Positions 9,430 to 19,257 of a stretch of 64,000 nucleotides of DNA are shown here, in pieces (the stretch's first letter is position 1; each line of letters starts with the position of its first letter). The notes beneath the pieces were generated by a model. The model saw only the letters and a list, made by a program, of their open reading frames with translations, had not been told where the DNA came from and did no database searches. This DNA is from Fibrobacter succinogenes. Its GTDB lineage: Bacteria > Fibrobacterota > Fibrobacteria > Fibrobacterales > Fibrobacteraceae. Location of the stretch: NCBI GenBank assembly GCA_902799745.1, contig CADCBQ010000007.1, positions 8,088-72,087 of the forward strand. The letters are read 5' to 3'. The translations under genes and the position numbers were made by a program.

Positions 9430-10275
9430 ATGGCTATTACACGTTATATTTTGCAGATTCATTGCCCCGACCAAAAGGGCCTTATTGCCGGTACCACACA
9501 AGTGCTTGCCAAGGCAGGCGCAAACATTGTCGATTTACAGCAACATACGGCCAAAGATATCGAAACCTTCTTTTTACGTGCCGTTTTTGAAGCAGAATCC
9601 GAAAACATCGAAGAAGTCCGCAAGCACCTGGAGACCCTGGAAGGTCACCTCCACCTGAACTGGAAGTTGTTCGATACCACCAAAATTGAACGCGTAGCCA
9701 TCTTCGTTTCGAAGACGGACCACTGCCTTTACGACCTTTTGCTCAAGCACCGCGATGGCGACCTCCCCTGCGAGTTCAGCTGCATCGTGGGCAACCACCC
9801 GGACTTGGGTCCCGTGGGCGGAACCTTCGGCGTGCCGTTCTACTATGTGCCGTCGAACCCCGACAAGAGCATTCCCGAAAACCGCTTTAGGGAAATTATC
9901 GCCGAAACCAAGACCGACACGGTGGTTCTCGCCCGCTACATGCAGATTTTGAGCGAAGCCTTTACCGAAGAATTCAAGTACCGCATCATCAACATTCACC
10001 ACGGATTCTTGCCGGCATTCAAGGGTGCAAAGCCCTACCACCAGGCATGGCACAAGGGTGTAAAGATTATCGGTGCTACCGCCCACTTTGCCACCGAAGA
10101 CCTGGACCAGGGTCCGATTATTTGCCAGGACATCCAACGCGTGCCCGAAACAGCAAGCATTGACGAACTCGTGGAACTCGGTAAGGACATCGAAAAGCGC
10201 ACGCTTTCTGCAGCCCTCAAGCTTTGGCTCGAACACCGCGTATTCGTTTACGCCGGCAGAACATTTATTCTATAG
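9430..10275 (+). CDS. purU: Formyltetrahydrofolate deformylase
   Basis: N-terminal ACT (CPDQKGLIA), VSKTDHCL, LARYMQIL, INIHHGFLPAFKGAKPY, LDQGPII. Confidence 0.96.
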   Translation: MAITRYILQIHCPDQKGLIAGTTQVLAKAGANIVDLQQHTAKDIETFFLRAVFEAESENIEEVRKHLETLEGHLHLNWKLFDTTKIERVAIFVSKTDHCLYDLLLKHRDGDLPCEFSCIVGNHPDLGPVGGTFGVPFYYVPSNPDKSIPENRFREIIAETKTDTVVLARYMQILSEAFTEEFKYRIINIHHGFLPAFKGAKPYHQAWHKGVKIIGATAHFATEDLDQGPIICQDIQRVPETASIDELVELGKDIEKRTLSAALKLWLEHRVFVYAGRTFIL

Positions 10276-10283
10276 GAGACGAT

Positions 10284-10796
10284 ATGTCCGAAGAACTGAA
10301 CAACCAGAACAATGTGGAACCCGAGGCAGAAGCTCCGGTTAGCGCAGAAACCCCGGTAGAAACGGTCCTTGTCGAACCGGCCGCAGCCGAGCCCGTTGCA
10401 GAACCCGTTGCTGAACCTGCACCCCAGGCTGCAACGCCTCAACCGCAGGTAATCGTGCAACGCGAACGCGGCTTTGCCCACTATGTGGGATTCGCTCTTC
10501 TTTGCGTTCTCTGCATTGCGTTCTACTTTATTCCGGGCATCGCACTCACGTTTGCCATCAGCCTGATTCCGGGCATTTCGCTCGGTGCTGTCGCCGCATG
10601 GACTTTCAGCGCCATCTTCAGCGTCATCGCCTGGGCAATCTTCAAGTTGAAAATCAAGGGTATCAAGAAGTCGTTCTACTTCTACATCGGCCTGTGCGTG
10701 TTCGTGACAATCCTTTTGATTGCCATTGAAATCCTTACCGAAGAAACGAACGTATTCGCCAAGATTTTCAGCCTTCTCTGCGGAGCAGGTGCATAA
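10284..10796 (+). CDS. Hypothetical membrane protein (acidic N-terminus, about 3-4 TM helices)
   Basis: SD AGGAG before ATG 10284; hydrophobic C-terminal half. Confidence 0.75.
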   Translation: MSEELNNQNNVEPEAEAPVSAETPVETVLVEPAAAEPVAEPVAEPAPQAATPQPQVIVQRERGFAHYVGFALLCVLCIAFYFIPGIALTFAISLIPGISLGAVAAWTFSAIFSVIAWAIFKLKIKGIKKSFYFYIGLCVFVTILLIAIEILTEETNVFAKIFSLLCGAGA

Positions 10797-10820
10797 CTAT
10801 TCACTTTAATTGACCTTATT

Positions 10821-11492
10821 ATGAATAACAAAGACCAATTTGTTCATTTTCTCGTTGAAGCAGGCGCACTCAAGTTCGGTGATTTCGTGACCAAGAGCGG
10901 CCGTAACACGCCGTACTTCATCAACACCGGAGAATTCCGTACCGGCCGCACGCTTTCCAAGCTTGCCGAATTTTACGCCGCCGCATTCATGAAGCATTTC
11001 GATGGCAAGGCCCAGAACCTTTACGGACCGGCTTACAAGGGCATTCCGCTGTGCGCCGCTACCGCCATGAAGCTCAGCGACGTGTACAGCCAGGATCTCA
11101 CCTTTACCTACAACCGCAAAGAAGCCAAGGATCACGGTGAAGGCGGCATGCTCGTCGGTTACAAGTACGCCGAAAAGACGAATGTCGTAATCATCGAAGA
11201 CGTGATTACCGCAGGCACCAGCGTGAACGAAACCATGCAGGCCCTTTCGAAGATCGAAAATGCCAATGTCATCGGCCTCTTGATTTCGGTGGACCGCAAG
11301 GAAAAGCTCGAAAACGGCAAGTCTGCGCTCCAGACCGTGCAGGACGAATACGGAATCGAAGCCCACTCCATCGTGAACATTAACGACATCATCGCATTCC
11401 TCGAAAGCGAAGAAAATCGCAAGAAGATCAACGCTCCCGAAGGAATTCTCGAAAAGGTGTACGCCTACCGCGAAAAGTGGGGCGCACAATAA
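10821..11492 (+). CDS. pyrE: Orotate phosphoribosyltransferase
   Basis: FGDFVTKSGR..PYF, GPAYKGIP, NRKEAKDHGEGG, IIEDVITAGTS PRPP motif. Confidence 0.96.
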   Translation: MNNKDQFVHFLVEAGALKFGDFVTKSGRNTPYFINTGEFRTGRTLSKLAEFYAAAFMKHFDGKAQNLYGPAYKGIPLCAATAMKLSDVYSQDLTFTYNRKEAKDHGEGGMLVGYKYAEKTNVVIIEDVITAGTSVNETMQALSKIENANVIGLLISVDRKEKLENGKSALQTVQDEYGIEAHSIVNINDIIAFLESEENRKKINAPEGILEKVYAYREKWGAQ

Positions 11493-11505
11493 CCCGCAAG
11501 GATTA

Positions 11506-12195
11506 ATGGCACGCCTTTGGGGAACATTGATTGTAATGGCGGCGCTACTCTTTACGGGTTGCGCCGATTCTTACCATTGGTCCAGTAGCCACCCTGCATA
11601 CACCCGGGCCCCTTACGGGGAACTTGCCGTGACAGGGCTACAAAAGGCGTTTGTCCTTACGCGCACCAAATGGTTTGCAAACCGTTTGGACTTCGGCGAC
11701 AGCACGCAGATCAAGGCGACCGAATTCTGCGCCAAGGCCATGGAAAAAGAATTCCACGGCGGCTACACAAAGCTCCTTGTGCTCCCAGATTCTGTTCTCG
11801 ACAACGCACCCGAAGAAAGCCAGAAACTTGACGCACGAATCTTTATGAAAGGAAAACTTCCTGAACAGGGTATAACCGTTACGGCTCCCGACGGAAGCGT
11901 TCCTCCGCAGATTCTCTTAATCCACGAAGTCATTATCGGCACCGATTTAAAGCGTGAAAACTTCTTCGACTACGCTCTGATCCACAACGAACTTGAAGAC
12001 AAGCGCGAAGTCAAAAACATAAGCGCCATCGTGTCTTATACATTGTGGGACAATGTAAAACAGCGGCCGTTGTTTAGCGCAGTCGACGAAATCCAGCACC
12101 CCGTGGCATTCAAGCTGACTTTGACCGACCTTGAGCAGCTGATGCGACAGACCGTGCAACAGATTCGCAAGAACATGTACCAGGGGGTAAAATGA
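11506..12195 (+). CDS. Hypothetical lipoprotein
   Basis: Lipobox LFTGC; coupled to the next gene. Confidence 0.75.
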   Translation: MARLWGTLIVMAALLFTGCADSYHWSSSHPAYTRAPYGELAVTGLQKAFVLTRTKWFANRLDFGDSTQIKATEFCAKAMEKEFHGGYTKLLVLPDSVLDNAPEESQKLDARIFMKGKLPEQGITVTAPDGSVPPQILLIHEVIIGTDLKRENFFDYALIHNELEDKREVKNISAIVSYTLWDNVKQRPLFSAVDEIQHPVAFKLTLTDLEQLMRQTVQQIRKNMYQGVK

Positions 12196-13478
12196 AACTC
12201 TTCTCCCTAGTTGCATTCGTTTTTGTACTTGCCTTGCACGCCCTGGTTGCAAGTTCCGCAAGCGCCAAGGACATTTACTTTGATTCCAAGTGGACGCTTT
12301 GGCAGAATGCAGACATTCTGATTTGGACGCCCGACAAGGAACCCGCCATCGACACCAAGGAATTTTGCCTTTCGCTGCGCCGTTACAATTCGGGTATCGG
12401 CGAACCCAAGTGCAGATTGTTTGGCGAATGGGAACGCGACACGGTCGCCATGCGGTACGCCACCTGGCTTTCGAGCAACCTTGAACCTGGGCTAGAACCG
12501 CACCTGCTCAAGGCCCGTCACCCTGCCATGATGGCAAAATTCCAGGCTCTCGAAGACAAGATCGTGCTCTATATCGCCGACAAAGGCTCGAACCTGCAAA
12601 TTGCAATTTTTGACGAAACCGCCAGCGAGCCCAAGGCCGCAGGAACCGTCATGAAGACCAACGACAAAATTGCCCTAGGCGATGAAATCGCAAGCGCATT
12701 TTTCGAACGTCACACCAAGCGCCGTTTAACCAAGGAAGAACGACTCAAGATGGAAACGGAACCCGACGACCTTTACAAGGAAACTCCGACATTCAGGTCT
12801 TGGGCAGGCATTTCGGCAGGGTACGCACAAGCCCGCATCCCTCTTACCCCGTATAACTGGTACAAGCGTAAGCTCAGAAGCCGCGTTTCGAATTATCGCG
12901 CAACACGGGACTCCGTTAGCCTCTGGAACTTTATGGACGATTCTACCCCGCTATTCACTTTGTATGCGGGCGGAATCTGGTTCGGCTTTATCGGCGGCGA
13001 AATTTTCTACCGCTATTCTGATCACGCCGTCAAGACAGACGACCGCGATTCCGTTTACGAAGAACTGGACCACTGGGATTTCTCCCAGCACGAAATCGGC
13101 TTGAACGTCATGTTCGCCAGGACTTACGAACCGTTCAAATGGCTCGATTTGCACCTTTTTGCCTTCCTCGGTTTCCAATACAGTTTCTATTCCGAAGATA
13201 TCGAACTCAAAAGTTCCAAGAAGAAACCTTCCAAGGAATACGAAACCCGATTCAAGACCGAAGACCCCTATAAGGGCGCCCTCTTCGGATTCGGCACACA
13301 ATGCGTATTTATGCAGCACTACGGCTTAAGCGTGCGCACCGGCATTTCGAGCCGCGGCAAGGATGTCTACGTAGAACCCTCGCCCGACGCTGCCGCAGAA
13401 CCCACAACCATCGGCGCCTCTACCGTTGATTGGTTTATCAGCGTTGGATTGGAATACCATTGGACGCCGTTTAAATAG
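12192..13478 (+). CDS. Hypothetical exported protein with probable C-terminal outer-membrane beta-barrel
   Basis: Signal peptide; alternating aromatic strands ending WFISVGLEYHW. Confidence 0.7.
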   Translation: MKLFSLVAFVFVLALHALVASSASAKDIYFDSKWTLWQNADILIWTPDKEPAIDTKEFCLSLRRYNSGIGEPKCRLFGEWERDTVAMRYATWLSSNLEPGLEPHLLKARHPAMMAKFQALEDKIVLYIADKGSNLQIAIFDETASEPKAAGTVMKTNDKIALGDEIASAFFERHTKRRLTKEERLKMETEPDDLYKETPTFRSWAGISAGYAQARIPLTPYNWYKRKLRSRVSNYRATRDSVSLWNFMDDSTPLFTLYAGGIWFGFIGGEIFYRYSDHAVKTDDRDSVYEELDHWDFSQHEIGLNVMFARTYEPFKWLDLHLFAFLGFQYSFYSEDIELKSSKKKPSKEYETRFKTEDPYKGALFGFGTQCVFMQHYGLSVRTGISSRGKDVYVEPSPDAAAEPTTIGASTVDWFISVGLEYHWTPFK

Positions 13479-13501
13479 AATTTTCTATCTTTGCGCTCAC
13501 T

Positions 13502-14899
13502 ATGAGTGAAGAAGTAAAAGAAGAAAAGAAAGAAGAAAAAGTAAATCCGTTTCTGACTCCCGTTAAGATTATCGAGCCCGAACACAAGCTCCCCGACTAC
13601 ACTTTTGACATGCTGCCCGAAGAACAGAAGGCTGTTCTCGCTCAGCACGGCTGGACCGACCTGATGCCGGTGCAGCGTAAGACGATTCCTTACATGCTCG
13701 CCGCCCGCGATATGCTGGTGCAGTCCAAGACCGGTTCGGGAAAGACCGGTGCCTACGTTCTCCCGCTTTTGCAAGTTATCGTCCGCGACCACGTTTTCCC
13801 GCAGGCACTCATTTTGGTGCCGACGCGTGAACTCTGCTTGCAGGTTCAAGATGAAATCGAAAAGCTTTCTGCCGGTACGGGCATCCGCTCCGTCGCGATT
13901 TTCGGCGGTGTGAGTTACGAACCGCAGCTGAAGGCACTCAAGAACGGCGTGCACATTATCGTAGCGACACCGGGCCGCCTGATGGACCATGTGCAACGCG
14001 GCAATGTGGATTTTCTCGACATCCGCGACTTGATTCTGGACGAAGCCGACGAAATGCTTTCGATGGGTTTCTACCCCGACATGCAAAAGATTCGCAAGTA
14101 CCTGCCCAAGCAGATTGCCTGCACCATGTTCAGCGCCACGATTCCGCAGACGGTGAAGAGCCTCGCCCGCGAATTCCAGCGTCCGAGTGCCGAATTCCTT
14201 TCGCTCAGCTACGACAAGGTAATCGCCAACAACCTGGAGCACCGCTGGTATCCCTGCGACGTAATGGACAAGGATTCCATGACCATCAAGGTGCTGGAAT
14301 ACTACAATCCTGAAAGCTGCATGATTTTCTGCAACAAGAAGAGCGACGTGAGCTACCTGGAACAGGTGCTTTCGGGCTACGGATTCAACGTAGGCGCTCT
14401 GAGTGGCGATGTCGCCCAGAATATGCGCGAAAAGACCTTGAACGCTTTCCGCGACAAGAAACTCCGCATTCTCATTTGTACGGACGTGGCAGCCCGCGGT
14501 ATTGACGTGGACCACGTGACACATGTGATCGTGTACGACCACCCCGATGACCACGAAGTGTATGTGCACCGTAGCGGACGTACCGCCCGTGCGGGCCGCA
14601 GCGGACTTTGCATTTCGCTGATTACGCCGGTCGAAGAAATCGACATGAAGCAGACTGCCGCCGACTTCGGCATCAACTTCATCAAGATGGAAGTTCCGAC
14701 AAACGAAGAAATTGCGAAGAAAGTAAGCGAACGCGTGCGCGCCAAGCTCGAACAGGAAAAGAACCACTTTGGAGGCCAAAAGGCCCGCGAACGCATCAGC
14801 CGCGTTATCCCGCTGGTAAAGGAACTCGCAAACGGTACCGAAGAAGACCAGATGCTGCTCGCCTACCTGGTTGACCGCTATGCGTGGAAGAAAAATTAA
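13502..14899 (+). CDS. DEAD-box RNA helicase
   Basis: Q motif, SKTGSGKT, PTREL, TPGR, DEAD, SAT, ARGID, HRSGRTAR. Confidence 0.95.
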   Translation: MSEEVKEEKKEEKVNPFLTPVKIIEPEHKLPDYTFDMLPEEQKAVLAQHGWTDLMPVQRKTIPYMLAARDMLVQSKTGSGKTGAYVLPLLQVIVRDHVFPQALILVPTRELCLQVQDEIEKLSAGTGIRSVAIFGGVSYEPQLKALKNGVHIIVATPGRLMDHVQRGNVDFLDIRDLILDEADEMLSMGFYPDMQKIRKYLPKQIACTMFSATIPQTVKSLAREFQRPSAEFLSLSYDKVIANNLEHRWYPCDVMDKDSMTIKVLEYYNPESCMIFCNKKSDVSYLEQVLSGYGFNVGALSGDVAQNMREKTLNAFRDKKLRILICTDVAARGIDVDHVTHVIVYDHPDDHEVYVHRSGRTARAGRSGLCISLITPVEEIDMKQTAADFGINFIKMEVPTNEEIAKKVSERVRAKLEQEKNHFGGQKARERISRVIPLVKELANGTEEDQMLLAYLVDRYAWKKN

Positions 14900-14915
14900 T
14901 TAGAAGGCAATAAAA

Positions 14916-15677
14916 ATGGCCAAGATTAAAATCAAATCCGCAAAAGAAATCGAACTGATCCGCGACGCAGGTGCCCTCGCCGCAGAAACACTCATTCGCG
15001 CAGGCGAAATGTGCAAGCCGGGCGTATCTACGCTTGAAATCGACGAATTCATCGGCGACTACACCCGTAAGAACAAGGGGATTTCGGCCTGCATGGGCTA
15101 TCACGGTTATCCGCGTTACGCCTGCATCAGCATCAACGAAGTCGTGTGCCACGGCATCCCGAGCGCAAACACCATCCTGAAAGACGGCGACATCGTGAAC
15201 ATCGATATCACCACGATTCTTTCGGGCTACCATGGTGATACCTCGGCCATGTTCTGCGTGGGCCGCGTGAGCAACCTCGCCCAGGAACTCGTAGACACCG
15301 CCAAGTTCTGCATGGAAGAAGGCATCCGAGCCGCCGGCGAACAAGGCGCACGCTACTATGACATCGGTAACGCCATCCAAGACATTGCCGACGAACACGG
15401 ATTCAGCGTGGTCGAAGATTATTGCGGTCACGGAATCGGTCGCGGTTTCCACGAAGAACCGACCCTTTACCACTTCCGCAACAATGTGCTCAAGCAGTTC
15501 ATTGAAGTGGGCAACGTGTTCACTATCGAACCCATGATCAACGTGGGTCGTCCGGGCACCAAGACACTCAGCGACGGTTGGACCGCAGTGACCCGCGACG
15601 GTTCTTTGAGCGCCCAGTGGGAACACACCGTGGCACGCACCAAGAACGGCATCGAAATTCTGACGCTCCCCCGCTAA
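14916..15677 (+). CDS. map: Methionine aminopeptidase type I
   Basis: CISINEVVCHGIP, DGDIVNID, GHGIG..FHEEP, FTIEPM, SAQWEHT. Confidence 0.96.
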   Translation: MAKIKIKSAKEIELIRDAGALAAETLIRAGEMCKPGVSTLEIDEFIGDYTRKNKGISACMGYHGYPRYACISINEVVCHGIPSANTILKDGDIVNIDITTILSGYHGDTSAMFCVGRVSNLAQELVDTAKFCMEEGIRAAGEQGARYYDIGNAIQDIADEHGFSVVEDYCGHGIGRGFHEEPTLYHFRNNVLKQFIEVGNVFTIEPMINVGRPGTKTLSDGWTAVTRDGSLSAQWEHTVARTKNGIEILTLPR

Positions 15678-15680
15678 GAT

Positions 15681-16016
15681 ATGTCGATACTCGGGAACTT
15701 ACGCAACAAGGCGGTCGAAGCCTTTGTCAAGAACCACGAACTGGTCAAGCGCTTTGGCGATGTCCAGTCCGTGTCTATTGATTCGGACAACGGCACCGCC
15801 GATGTTAGCGTGCTCCTGCACGGTGAAATTTTCCCGATCAAGTTCCGCGGTTACTACTATTTCGACGATACCGATACAGGTACCGACATTGTTGTCCGCA
15901 AAATCACCTGCGAACGGCAATGGATCGACCAGGCGCTTTCATACTGGCTCGAAGGCAAGACTCTCCGCTACAACCTCCCCGGACTCGCCGGCGGCCTCGC
16001 GAAGATTATATTCTAG
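15681..16016 (+). CDS. Small hypothetical protein
   Basis: 111-aa ORF 3 nt after map, with genome-typical codons. Confidence 0.7.
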   Translation: MSILGNLRNKAVEAFVKNHELVKRFGDVQSVSIDSDNGTADVSVLLHGEIFPIKFRGYYYFDDTDTGTDIVVRKITCERQWIDQALSYWLEGKTLRYNLPGLAGGLAKIIF

Positions 16017-16088
16017 GCTTCTCACACCTCAAAGCGGAGCGACCTCATAGCCCCTAAAAATGTATATTAGTCTCATAAGGAGACTCTT

Positions 16089-16739
16089 ATGAGCGATTGC
16101 ACAGACGAAAAAATGGAAAAAATCAAGGAAAAGCTGAGCGCCCTGTTGTTCGAGCTGATTACCGATATTCCAGAATCCCTGCACGCCCCGAGCGAAAATT
16201 CTGACGAAAAAATCAAGAAACTGATCCGCCAGGCCGCCGTCAAGGCGTCCCTGGTGAGTGCCACGCTCTCGGTTCCGGCCGGCGTCACTGGCGTTTTGAC
16301 CTCGGTTCCAGACATTGCCGCCATCTGGCGCATTCAGGCACAGCTGGTGTCTGACATTGCCGCAACTTACGGAAAATTCGCCCAACTGAGCCGCGAAGCC
16401 ATGGTCTGGTGCCTGTTCCGCCACAGCGCCGCCCAGCTTGTCCGCGACATCGCCGTACGCACCGGAAGCCGAATTGTAGTCCAGAAGGTCTCTTTTGCCG
16501 TCCTCGAGAAGCTTCTCAAGAAAATCGGCGTGAAGGTCTCGACCAAATTCCTGGGCAGAGCCGCCCTCCGAGCCATTCCGGCCATCGGGGCTCTCGGAAA
16601 CGGAGCCTATTCCTTCTACGACACCACCGAAGTCGGTAAAACGGCCGCAAGCTATTTCAAGGCTCTGGCCGACAATCCCGACGATTCCCTTGCCGAAGAA
16701 GCAGACGTAATCGTCGAAAATGCCGAAAATCAGGTTTAA
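16089..16739 (+). CDS. EcsC-like family protein
   Basis: SD AAGGAG; G..G....PDI.......Q..LV..IAA.YG and R.IP.IGA pattern. Confidence 0.7.
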   Translation: MSDCTDEKMEKIKEKLSALLFELITDIPESLHAPSENSDEKIKKLIRQAAVKASLVSATLSVPAGVTGVLTSVPDIAAIWRIQAQLVSDIAATYGKFAQLSREAMVWCLFRHSAAQLVRDIAVRTGSRIVVQKVSFAVLEKLLKKIGVKVSTKFLGRAALRAIPAIGALGNGAYSFYDTTEVGKTAASYFKALADNPDDSLAEEADVIVENAENQV

Positions 16740-16768
16740 AAGCCAAACTCAAGCCTATTCCCATAATC

Positions 16769-16795
16769 AAGCCCTTGAAAGGGGGCTTTTTTTTT
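16769..16795 (+). terminator. Intrinsic terminator whose T-tract runs into the fusA promoter box
   Basis: AAGCCCTT-GAAA-GGGGGCTT + T-run, then TATCTTTG at 16797-16804. Confidence 0.8.
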
Positions 16796-16847
16796 CTATC
16801 TTTGGGCGCAACTCAAACAAACATCAACTCCATTTGTGGAATAAAAT

Positions 16848-18947
16848 ATGAAAAACATTGAAAAGCACAGAAATATTGGTATTTCTGCCCACATCGACTC
16901 CGGTAAGACCACCCTTACCGAACGTATCCTCTACTTCACAAAGCGTATCCACGCTATCCACGAAGTTCGTGGTAAAGACGGCGTCGGTGCCACGATGGAC
17001 TCCATGGAATCTGCAGCCACGTTTGCAAACTGGACCCACACCAAGTCTGGCGAAGCCGACTCCATCAACATCATCGATACCCCGGGGCACGTGGACTTCA
17101 CGATCGAAGTGGAACGTTCTCTCCGCGTGCTCGACGGTGCTATCCTCGTGCTCACCGGCGTGGAAGGCGTTCAGTCCCAGTCTATTACCGTTGACCGCCA
17201 GATGAAGCGCTACCATGTGCCGCGCGTCGTGTTCGTGAACAAGTGCGACCGCTCCGGTGCAAACCCGCTCCGCGTGGCTGTCATGCTCAAGGAAAAGCTC
17301 AACCACAAGCCCTGCGTCATGCAGATTCCTATCGGTCTCGAAGACCAACTGAAGGGCGTGGTCGACCTCGTCGAAATGAAGGCCTACTACTTCGAAGGCG
17401 CAAACGGCGACGACATGATCGAAAAGGAAATCCCGGCCGAACTCGTTGACCAGGCTAACGAATACCGTGAAAAGCTGATTGACTGCTGCGCAGACTACAG
17501 CGACGAAATCATGGAAAAGGCTATGGAAGGCCAGTATGGCGTCGATGAAATCGACAAGAACCTCATCAAGGCCACCATCCGCAAGGCTACCATCAGCCTC
17601 GAAGTGACCCCGGTGTTCATGGGTTCCGCTCATAAGAACGTTGGTGTCCAGAAGCTCCTCGACGGTGTTATCGACTACCTCCCGAACCCGACCGAAGTTG
17701 AAAACAAGGCTCTCGACCTCGACAACAACGAAGCCGAAGTCGTGCTGAAGTCCGAAGACGACCAGCCGCTCGTTTGCTACGCATTCAAGCTCGTGAACGA
17801 CCGCTATGGCCAGTTGACCTACATCCGTATTTACCAGGGTACCCTCAAGAAGGGCGACATGATCACCAACATGGCCACCGGCAAGAAGGTGTCTGTGGGC
17901 CGTCTCGTGCGTATGCACGCTGACGAAATGGTGGATATCACCGAAGCCGGTGCAGGCGACATTGTTGCTCTGTTCGGTATCGACTGCGCCTCCGGTACGA
18001 CCTTTACCGATGGCAAGAACCACTACAACATGACTTCTATGCACGTGCCGAATCCGGTGATCGAACTCGTGATCGAAGCCAAGAACCGTGACGACCTGGA
18101 CAACATGTCCAAGGCTCTGAACCGCTTCACCAAGGAAGACCCGACGTTCCAGGTGGAAGTCGACAAGGAATCCGGCCAGACCATCATCAAGGGTATGGGC
18201 GAACTTCACCTCGACGTTTACATCGAACGTATGCGCCGCGAATACAAGTGCGACGTGACCACTGGTGCTCCGCAGGTGGCTTACCGCGAAACCATTACCC
18301 GTCCGGCCAAGTTCGACTACACACACAAGAAGCAGACCGGTGGTTCTGGTCAGTACGCTAAGGTTGTCGGCGAAATGCGTCCGATGGCTGTCGAAGGCGA
18401 CCAGGAAAAGGTTTACAACTTCGTGAACTCCGTCGTGGGTGGCCGTATTCCGAAGGAATACATCCCGTCTTGCGATAAGGGTTTCCAGAGCTGCATGGAA
18501 GCTGGTTCCTTGATCGGCTTCCCGGTTGTGGGTATCGAAATGGAAGTCCAGGATGGTGCATACCACCCGGTTGACTCTTCTGATATGGCGTTCCAGGTTG
18601 CAGCCCGTATGGCCTTCCGCGAAGCTTTCGAAAAGGCTGGCGCTCAGATCCTCGAACCGATCATGAAGGTCGAAATCCAGACTCCGACCGAATTCCAGGG
18701 TTCTGTTGTTGGTAACGTTTCCCAGCGTCGTGGTACCATCACCGGTACGAACGAAGAACTCGGCATGACCACTATCACCGCCGAAGTCCCGCTTTCCGAA
18801 ATGTTCGGTTACGCTACTGACCTGCGTTCTATGACCCAGGGTAAGGCTGAATTCACCATGGAATTCTGCAAGTACCTCCCGGTTCCGAAGAACATCCAGG
18901 AAGAACTTATCAAGAAGTACGGCGACAAGGCCAAGGCAAGAGCTTAA
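16848..18947 (+). CDS. fusA: Elongation factor G (stand-alone, spirochete/mitochondrial EF-G1-like type) with an apparent in-frame loss of the switch I/G2 motif
   Basis: [15 protein letters not shown] (G1), DTPGH (G3), NKCD (G4), [25 protein letters not shown]; reads MDSME-SAAT with no LERERGITIQ-like segment. Confidence 0.93.
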   Translation: MKNIEKHRNIGISAHIDSGKTTLTERILYFTKRIHAIHEVRGKDGVGATMDSMESAATFANWTHTKSGEADSINIIDTPGHVDFTIEVERSLRVLDGAILVLTGVEGVQSQSITVDRQMKRYHVPRVVFVNKCDRSGANPLRVAVMLKEKLNHKPCVMQIPIGLEDQLKGVVDLVEMKAYYFEGANGDDMIEKEIPAELVDQANEYREKLIDCCADYSDEIMEKAMEGQYGVDEIDKNLIKATIRKATISLEVTPVFMGSAHKNVGVQKLLDGVIDYLPNPTEVENKALDLDNNEAEVVLKSEDDQPLVCYAFKLVNDRYGQLTYIRIYQGTLKKGDMITNMATGKKVSVGRLVRMHADEMVDITEAGAGDIVALFGIDCASGTTFTDGKNHYNMTSMHVPNPVIELVIEAKNRDDLDNMSKALNRFTKEDPTFQVEVDKESGQTIIKGMGELHLDVYIERMRREYKCDVTTGAPQVAYRETITRPAKFDYTHKKQTGGSGQYAKVVGEMRPMAVEGDQEKVYNFVNSVVGGRIPKEYIPSCDKGFQSCMEAGSLIGFPVVGIEMEVQDGAYHPVDSSDMAFQVAARMAFREAFEKAGAQILEPIMKVEIQTPTEFQGSVVGNVSQRRGTITGTNEELGMTTITAEVPLSEMFGYATDLRSMTQGKAEFTMEFCKYLPVPKNIQEELIKKYGDKAKARA

Positions 18948-18976
18948 TTAGCACAAGCCAAACTTCTTAGAAGTTT

Positions 18977-19010
18977 AAAAATCCTCGGTGCAACGCACCG
19001 GGGATTTTTT
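18977..19010 (+). terminator. fusA intrinsic terminator
   Basis: AAAATCCTCGGTGC-AAC-GCACCGGGGATTTTTT. Confidence 0.85.
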
Positions 19011-19052
19011 CGTTTATAAAGAACTCAACTGCATTCACCACGCGAGCCACAT

Positions 19053-19180
19053 AAAAAATCCCGCAGGGGGAGACCCTGCGGGAAAGTGGAATTAGAAGAA
19101 AACAAGCGTGCTTCCGGTCTATTCTACCCCGTGATTTGCTCCAGCATCCCTTCGCTAAACCAGAATGGACTGGAAGCACA
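19053..19180 (-). ncRNA. Candidate structured small RNA (~130 nt)
   Basis: Minus-strand TATATTAA box (19185-19192), long 5' stem GTGCTTCCAGTC/GACCGGAAGCAC, and terminator CCCGCAGGG-TCTCC-CCCTGCGGG-ATTTTTT. Confidence 0.55.
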
Positions 19181-19257
19181 TTACTTAATATACCATCGGG
19201 ATATGGAATGCGAAAATATTTTTTCAACTTTCGTATTCCAATATGGAATGCTCCAAA

